NCBI GenBank assembly: GCA_031370005.1
Contig: JANMPT010000075.1
Span: 14,446 to 78,445, forward strand
DNA length: 64,000 nucleotides
Direction of reading: 5' to 3'
DNA from: Bdellovibrionales bacterium
GTDB lineage: Bacteria > Bdellovibrionota > Bdellovibrionia > Bdellovibrionales > Bdellovibrionaceae
In this document: positions 58,098-64,000 of the stretch, in pieces
Position numbering within the stretch: the first letter of the stretch is position 1
Layout: each line of letters starts with the position of its first letter
Made by a program: the position numbers and the translations under genes
The notes under the pieces: model-generated
What the model was told of the DNA's origin: nothing
Databases searched by the model: none
The model's input: the letters and a program-made list of their open reading frames with translations, nothing else

Positions 58098-59678
58098 ATG
58101 CTAGAAACTATACTTGCGGGAATTGGAAGTCTCGCCGTTGGAGGCGGCTTCGGATTCGCTCTAAGAAATTATGCAAATACATATACTATAAAAAAAGCTA
58201 AGCAAGAAGCCATGGATCTGATCGCCGAAGCTAAAGACGCTGTCGAACTCAGCGCCCTTGAGGAAAAGGAGCGCACTCAAGAGATCGAACTTGAAATGTG
58301 GTCCAAGGTTGAGCCTGATATGCTTAAGGTCGAAGCCCGTATTGAAGAGCTACAAGAACTTATCGACGAAAAAAAACAAAAACATGATAATACTTTAGCT
58401 GAAGAAAGAAAAAAAATCCAAGTCCACGAAAGCGAAACTCAGAAGCAAGAGAAGACTGTACACACCCAAGAAACTGAATTGCAAAAAATTCGAACTGTAC
58501 AAAAGGAACTTAATAAAGAGCTTACAAAAGTCATCTCCCAGAAACTTGACACAAGCCCAGAGGAAACTAAGCAGAAAATTATCGAAACCTTGGAGCAAGA
58601 GACTCGTCAACGTTTACAAAAATGGGCCGAAGACTATGAGGAAGACGTTAAAGAACACGCTGAAACTCGCGCAAAGCGCATTCTTGATATAGCTCTTGAT
58701 CGCTTTACCCGTCCTTATTGCGCTGAGCGCGGCATAGGCGCTGTAAATTTTCCGGACGCGAACTCACGTAGACTTCTTTGTGATACTAAAGGTGAAAATA
58801 TCAAAACCCTGCAGGAAATTGGCGGCTGCGATATTATCATAGAGCCCGAAATGGAAATGCTCGGAGTTGCGGGATTTGACCCCGTTCGCCGTGAACTTAC
58901 CCGACGGGTATTAGAGCGCGTACTGAAAGAAAAGAAGAACATTAATCCCGACTTTATCCGCAGAATAGCTGAGAATCAAAAGAAGGAACTCTTTCGTCAG
59001 ATCAAAGCTGATGGTGATACTATTGCTAAGGAATTAAAACAGCAGGATCTGCATCCTGAAATTAAACAAATGATGGGAAGCTTACGATATCGCTATTCTT
59101 TCACACAAAATCAATATTTTCATTGTGGTGAGGTGGGCTGGCTAGCGGGCCTCTTGGCTGCAGAATTAAAATTGAATATCAAAACAGCCCGCCGCGCAGG
59201 CCTACTCCATGACATTGGCAAATCCATGGATCATGCAACAGATGGAGGCCATGCCGTTATCGGCGCAAACTTCATTGAAACCCGCAACGAGACCCCAGAA
59301 GTTGTCCACGCTGTGCGCGCCCATCACTACGATGAACAGCCATCCACAGACCATGCCTTCATTATCATCGCAGCTGATGCGATCTCTGGTGCCCGTCCAG
59401 GTGCTCGGCGATCAACAATTGAATCCTATAATCAAAAAGTTTCAGCGCTGCAGGATATTGCCAGAAGCTTTGAAGGTGTCACCGATTGCTACGTACTAAG
59501 TGGGGGCCGCGAGTGCCGTGTGATGGTGAACAGCCGTAAAGTCGACGACTCACAAATTCTGACTTTAGGCCGTAAAATCGCGACAAAAATCGAAGAAGAA
59601 TGCAGTTATCCAGGACAAATAAAGGTGGTTATTGTGCGAGAAACTGTCGTTTCTGAAAGCACAAAGGCACATAATTAA
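58098..59678 (+). CDS. rny: RNase Y-like protein (divergent KH)
   Basis: N-terminal TM, coiled coil, FDPVRRE, AGLLHDIGK, AADAISGARPGARR, YPGQIKV. Confidence 0.88.
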   Translation: MLETILAGIGSLAVGGGFGFALRNYANTYTIKKAKQEAMDLIAEAKDAVELSALEEKERTQEIELEMWSKVEPDMLKVEARIEELQELIDEKKQKHDNTLAEERKKIQVHESETQKQEKTVHTQETELQKIRTVQKELNKELTKVISQKLDTSPEETKQKIIETLEQETRQRLQKWAEDYEEDVKEHAETRAKRILDIALDRFTRPYCAERGIGAVNFPDANSRRLLCDTKGENIKTLQEIGGCDIIIEPEMEMLGVAGFDPVRRELTRRVLERVLKEKKNINPDFIRRIAENQKKELFRQIKADGDTIAKELKQQDLHPEIKQMMGSLRYRYSFTQNQYFHCGEVGWLAGLLAAELKLNIKTARRAGLLHDIGKSMDHATDGGHAVIGANFIETRNETPEVVHAVRAHHYDEQPSTDHAFIIIAADAISGARPGARRSTIESYNQKVSALQDIARSFEGVTDCYVLSGGRECRVMVNSRKVDDSQILTLGRKIATKIEEECSYPGQIKVVIVRETVVSESTKAHN

Positions 59679-59690
59679 TCTCTGAATATA

Positions 59691-59723
59691 AAAAAACCCA
59701 TGCTGTTTCCAACATGGGTTTTT
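59691..59723. terminator. bidirectional intrinsic terminator
   Basis: AAAAACCCATG...CATGGGTTTTT between convergent rny and fadE. Confidence 0.85.
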
Positions 59724-59752
59724 GCGCTGCAGTACTAAAAAGAAGGCCGTAC

Positions 59753-62182
59753 CTAAGAGGAGTGGTACTCCTCTTCGCTGAAGTCATCCACTAGTATTGC
59801 TTCGTAGCGAACTGTGTCTGACAGTTGAATGAGCTTGTATTCATCTTCTGAAATCACATTTTTACTACGAGCATCATCTAATAGCAGTGCCACCTTCTTT
59901 TTTGGCAACAAGCCATCTCGAATTGCTTTTTTGATTTTTTTCTCGGCGGCCTCTGCCTTCAAGGTGATACTGAAAGCGTTTTCCAAGCGCTGAAGCTGCT
60001 CACCCTCTTTGCTTGGCAAGAAAATACCTTGAGTCAATCGATCTCGTACAGACCCGTCCTGCAACATTGCCGTGGAAATAGCGTGACTCCAACCATCAGA
60101 AGCTTGAGAGCCGATAGAGTTAATTCGAGACCACGAACCAATCCAGCCCTTTATAAACCAACGAAATCCAGGAATTTTTAAATTATCAAAAATACCATCA
60201 AAGCCTTTTTGGATTTCCGCCATGCAAAGTTTCAAGTTGTAATGCGCAAAAGGCAAATCTTCTTCACGACGGCCTTCAGCTTCAAAACGCCTTAGAACCG
60301 AGGTCGCCATGTACATATAAGCCAATATATCAGCAAATCGGCCAGTGATTTTCTCACGCATCTTCAGCTCGCCACCCAATGCCGCCATCGCGACATCAGC
60401 CAAAATTGCGTAGGTTGCTGAAGCCCAGGATAAACGACGGAAATAGCGTTTGAGTTGCGGGTGAGCGCTCGGAGTTGATGCAATATAACCACGAGTCACA
60501 CTCAGGCAAACACTGCGACAAAGGTTTCTAACTACGTGCCCCACATGTCCCCAAAAAGCTGTGTCAAAAGCACTAAGGTCTTTTTTATCCATGGCTTTGA
60601 CTTCTGCATAAGCAAATGGATGAGCGCGCAAAGCTCCCTGACCAAAAATAATCAAGGTGCGAGTCATAATATTCGCTCCTTCAACAGTTATTCCAATGGG
60701 CGTGGCAATATAAATTTCCGCAAGCAAGTTGCGAGGTCCCATAGAGATTCCCGCTCCGCCCATAATATCCATGGCATCGTTGATGCCCTTACGTCCCATT
60801 TCTGTAGAGTAGTATTTTTGAATTGCCGTGATAACTGAAGGCTTCAAACCCTGATCAAGAGCTCCCAACGTATACTTTCTCATTGCTTCCAATAAGTAAG
60901 TACTTGCACCAAGTCGTGCTAAGGGTTCTTCAACTCCTTCAAATTTACCAATGGAAACACCAAATTGGCGACGAATCACCGAATGTGCACTGACTACGCG
61001 AGAAGCCAGCTTTGCTCCCCCTGTTGCTTGCGCTGGCAAGCTGATACCACGCCCCGCCGCCAAGCACTCTGTCAACATCAACCAACCCTTACCACAACCC
61101 TCTTTGCCGCCAACCACGGCATCAAGTGGCACTATGACATCCTTGCCTTGAGTTGGGCAGTTATAGAACGGAGTCCCCAATGGGTCGTGACGACGACCCA
61201 GCACAACTCCAGGAGCATTGGATGGAATCAAAGCACAAGTGATGCCAATATCTTCACCCATTCCTATTAGGCCCTCTGGATCACGAAGTCGGAAAGCAAG
61301 ACCAATACATGTTGAGATCGCAGCAAGTGTGATCCAGCGTTTATTCCAATTCAAGCGTATGTAGAGCTTGCCATCGGTTCCTTTGAAAATAACACCACTT
61401 GAAGTGATCGAGCCAGCATCAGAGCCTGCAGTCGGCTCAGTCAAACCAAAGCAGGGAATTTCTTCACCTGTTGCCAAACGCGGAAGAAAATATTTTTTTT
61501 GCTCATCAGTCCCGTAGTGTACGAGCAACTCAGCCGGACCCAAAGAGTTTGGTACCATCACAGTTATTGCAGTTGAAAGAGAGCGGGATGAAATTTTCAT
61601 AATCACTTCAGAGTGAGCAAGGGCGGAAAACCCCAGACCTCCGTATTCTTTTGGAATGATCATTCCGAGGAATCTTTCTTTTTTGATATAGCTAAAGGCC
61701 TCATCAGAAAGTTTTCGAGACTTCCACATTTTCCAGTGATCAATTTTTTTACAAAGCTCTTCCACCGGACCATTCATAAAGGCTTGTTCTTCAGCCGTAA
61801 GTTGAGGATAAGGTTCCTGCATGAGTTTGGAGAACTCCGGCTTTCCTGAAAACAAATCTTTCTCAACCCAAACAGTGCCAGCGTCAATAGCCGCACGTTC
61901 AGTATCTGAAATTTTTGGTAGAAACTTTAATTTTTCAAACAAAGTCATTACCGCCTTAGTAACAACAGTTGCTCGCAAAGGCTTGATGTTAAAGATGAGC
62001 ATCACCACCGCAAAAGCAAACAAAAGCCAGATCGGCGCTTTAAAGCCCACTAGAATCGCGGCCAATACGATTGTCCAAATTATGAGGGGACTGCCTAAAA
62101 ATCCAATGACGAGAAGTCCAATGAGAGAACCAAAAACGGCCCACCATGGACACGTTAAAAAAACACCATAAATGCTATCCAC
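59753..62182 (-). CDS. fadE: membrane-associated acyl-CoA dehydrogenase FadE
   Basis: N-terminal TMs, S.TE..A..AG.VW, VPNSLGPAELL, ITVEGANI, C-terminal VDDF; 809 aa. Confidence 0.92.
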   Translation of the reverse strand: MDSIYGVFLTCPWWAVFGSLIGLLVIGFLGSPLIIWTIVLAAILVGFKAPIWLLFAFAVVMLIFNIKPLRATVVTKAVMTLFEKLKFLPKISDTERAAIDAGTVWVEKDLFSGKPEFSKLMQEPYPQLTAEEQAFMNGPVEELCKKIDHWKMWKSRKLSDEAFSYIKKERFLGMIIPKEYGGLGFSALAHSEVIMKISSRSLSTAITVMVPNSLGPAELLVHYGTDEQKKYFLPRLATGEEIPCFGLTEPTAGSDAGSITSSGVIFKGTDGKLYIRLNWNKRWITLAAISTCIGLAFRLRDPEGLIGMGEDIGITCALIPSNAPGVVLGRRHDPLGTPFYNCPTQGKDVIVPLDAVVGGKEGCGKGWLMLTECLAAGRGISLPAQATGGAKLASRVVSAHSVIRRQFGVSIGKFEGVEEPLARLGASTYLLEAMRKYTLGALDQGLKPSVITAIQKYYSTEMGRKGINDAMDIMGGAGISMGPRNLLAEIYIATPIGITVEGANIMTRTLIIFGQGALRAHPFAYAEVKAMDKKDLSAFDTAFWGHVGHVVRNLCRSVCLSVTRGYIASTPSAHPQLKRYFRRLSWASATYAILADVAMAALGGELKMREKITGRFADILAYMYMATSVLRRFEAEGRREEDLPFAHYNLKLCMAEIQKGFDGIFDNLKIPGFRWFIKGWIGSWSRINSIGSQASDGWSHAISTAMLQDGSVRDRLTQGIFLPSKEGEQLQRLENAFSITLKAEAAEKKIKKAIRDGLLPKKKVALLLDDARSKNVISEDEYKLIQLSDTVRYEAILVDDFSEEEYHSS

Positions 62183-62240
62183 ACTGCAACTCCTTTTGCT
62201 AACGTTTTAATTACACTCTTGTTTTCAACCAAGGGCAAAT

Positions 62241-62273
62241 AAAAAGAGCCCCCACTTTGAAGTAGGGGCTCTT
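62241..62273 (-). terminator. intrinsic terminator
   Basis: AAGAGCCCC..AC/GT..GGGGCTCTT stem with a T-tract on the minus strand. Confidence 0.75.
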
Positions 62274-62314
62274 AAACAATTTGTGATTAGAATATGAAAA
62301 CTCTTAGTTACTAC

Positions 62315-62518
62315 TTATTTTGTTTCAGTAGCAGGAGTTTCCGTGGGAGCAGCTTCTCCTGGTGCTGAGCCTTCTGGAGCAGCTGCTGGTGTTGCCTCAG
62401 CTGGTGCAGCCATTTGCTCTTGAGCTGCAGGTGCCGTTTCAGCTGGAGTGTTTTTTGAGCAAGTAAAGCCAGTAGTGAAAGACAAGGCAAGTAATGCTGC
62501 AACAATGACTAATCTCAT
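62315..62518 (-). CDS. small Ala/Pro/Thr/Glu-rich lipoprotein
   Basis: Signal ending GFTC; low-complexity PAETAPAA tail; own terminator. Confidence 0.7.
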   Translation of the reverse strand: MRLVIVAALLALSFTTGFTCSKNTPAETAPAAQEQMAAPAEATPAAAPEGSAPGEAAPTETPATETK

Positions 62519-62641
62519 GTTGTAAATCCCCTTATAAATTAATACCTCTCGCGTTTGTGCGGATCGGCAGTTGTTAATAAATTGCTATATTCAGTATATC
62601 GTCTTCATAAATTGCATGATCCGTCACATATTTGCAAGAAT

Positions 62642-63460
62642 TTATTTCTGGCAGAATGGACACCAATAAGTCGAGCGCCCACCCAGGACTTGAGCAGAAA
62701 TTTTTGTGTTACAAACAACACACTCCTTGTTTTCACGACCATAAACACGGAAGCCTTGTTGAAAGTGCCCTTTTTCCCCCATGAACTGTTCATAGTCACT
62801 GATACTGGACCCTCCGGCGGCGATGGCCTCTGTTAAAACCTCTTTGATCATTAAAACAAGTCGATTGCATTTCTCATGGCTTAATTTCACTGCTTTTGTC
62901 CTTGGTCGGATTCCAGCTCTAAAAAGTGCTTCACTCGCATAAATGTTGCCAACTCCAACGACGATCCGCTGATCCATGATGGCTACTTTTATGGCAACCT
63001 CCTTCCTGCGAAGCTTTTGCCACAAAACCTCTTCATTAAAAGCCTCAGATAAAGGTTCGCAGCCGAGGTTTTTCAATTTCGGATGGAACAGTTCTCGACC
63101 TACACCTACAAAGCCAAAATGCCCGAAGCGGCGTGGATCGCGGTAAGCCAAACGCAGGCCGTCCACAAAATGCAGATAGATATGATCGTGAACACGCTCA
63201 TCACCAGGAATTGCTATACGCCAGGCCCCGGTCATGCCAAGGTGTGAAAGCAAACTTCCTGCTGGAGTTTTTAAAAGCAAGTACTTTGCACGCCTCTCAA
63301 TAAACATAATTTTTTGCCCCACCAACCCCTGCACCTTTTTAACAGGAATGGGATCTCGCAAGTCCCCGCGCCTGAGCTCAATCTTTGCAATCACGGGATG
63401 ATTCTTCAAAACTTCTTCAAGACCTTTGCGGATCGTTTCGACCTCGGGCAGTTCTGGCAT
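62642..63460 (-). CDS. mutM: formamidopyrimidine-DNA glycosylase
   Basis: MPELPEVE, RRAKYL, HLGMTG, DPRRFG, GVGNIY, C4 zinc finger. Confidence 0.98.
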   Translation of the reverse strand: MPELPEVETIRKGLEEVLKNHPVIAKIELRRGDLRDPIPVKKVQGLVGQKIMFIERRAKYLLLKTPAGSLLSHLGMTGAWRIAIPGDERVHDHIYLHFVDGLRLAYRDPRRFGHFGFVGVGRELFHPKLKNLGCEPLSEAFNEEVLWQKLRRKEVAIKVAIMDQRIVVGVGNIYASEALFRAGIRPRTKAVKLSHEKCNRLVLMIKEVLTEAIAAGGSSISDYEQFMGEKGHFQQGFRVYGRENKECVVCNTKISAQVLGGRSTYWCPFCQK

Positions 63461-63610
63461 TAGGCACCTAACTTCTTGAAATCATTCAGCTTCATTTTGA
63501 CCACCTGAGCGGCGATACCTTGTTATAGTCTTCTTGTCTAACCTCGTTAAGCCCCAAATCACAGATGTCATCTAATATCATGAAAACAGTATATAGGGCC
63601 GACTGTCAGG

Positions 63611-64000
63611 TTATTCATATTTTGGTATTTTTTTTCCTTCAATAGTTATCAAGTTAATTGAATTTTCAAAGCCTGGCTTAAGTTCCTTTGTTTTATTTTT
63701 CACGGCAGACCAAAAAGCTTCAGAGGCTCCGATATCGAATTTCCCGTGATTTCTTGAAAAAGGGATATGAGCAGCCACTGTTTTATCTTTATTATTTTGC
63801 AGAAGCCAGTTGGTAAAAGCAGATATAATTTCAATTAAAAAATGTTTTACCGATAAAAAATGTTGTTTTGGTGTGATAACCTCGACATCTTTTAAGAAAA
63901 CATTTGCATAGCCTTTCACTTGCCCTTGGGACACGGCAGCTTCGCTATATATGCTTAATTCACCTTTCGTTAAATCTAAAGGTAAATAGGCTAAAAGCAT
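63611..64000 (-). CDS. C-terminal part of a DUF748-like protein
   Basis: D.TKGELSIYSE, V.GY, VAAHIPF; open to the window edge. Confidence 0.5.
   Translation of the reverse strand: MLLAYLPLDLTKGELSIYSEAAVSQGQVKGYANVFLKDVEVITPKQHFLSVKHFLIEIISAFTNWLLQNNKDKTVAAHIPFSRNHGKFDIGASEAFWSAVKNKTKELKPGFENSINLITIEGKKIPKYE

Noticed and set aside
326..62836. Many 60-130 aa ORFs overlapping larger genes (e.g. 2182..2580, 9927..10238, 61821..62171)
   Set aside because: Antisense or off-frame shadows of well-supported genes, with no motifs
1..64000. CRISPR array, rRNA, tRNA, transposase or integrase
   Set aside because: No regular repeat-spacer pattern, RNA gene signature or recombinase motif seen; intergenic gaps are short

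Overview
Gene-dense bacterial chromosome segment, most likely from a Bdellovibrio-like (Bdellovibrionota) organism. That taxonomic call is my inference from the protein types; no search was run. The left end carries housekeeping genes (guaA, guaB, miaB). About 7.1-31.0 kb is a low-oxygen/nitrite module: HiPIP, nirK with a fused cytochrome c, NirV-like, SCO, two Crp/Fnr regulators, nnrS, DGC protein plus aidB-like, a doubly deleted U32/trhP pseudogene, ctaA, a Cys-rich LuxR plus tyrosine-decarboxylase-like pair, gcdH, 2-oxoacid:ferredoxin oxidoreductase, nrdG-nrdD-symporter, a NIT-domain chemoreceptor, a porin and a hemerythrin. At least seven (T/A)TGA(T/C)-N4-ATCA sites tie it together, four at class II promoter geometry. 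The rest holds a beta-helix surface lipoprotein, a TPR/winged-helix regulator with a divergent methyltransferase, a PAS kinase/sigma54 activator pair flanked by two sigma54 promoters, oleate hydratase, a putative cell-wall remodelling cluster with an L,D-transpeptidase, lgt, cheX, Zur-ZrgA, a divergent RNase Y with a structured leader, fadE and mutM. I saw no rRNA, tRNA, CRISPR array, transposase or integrase.
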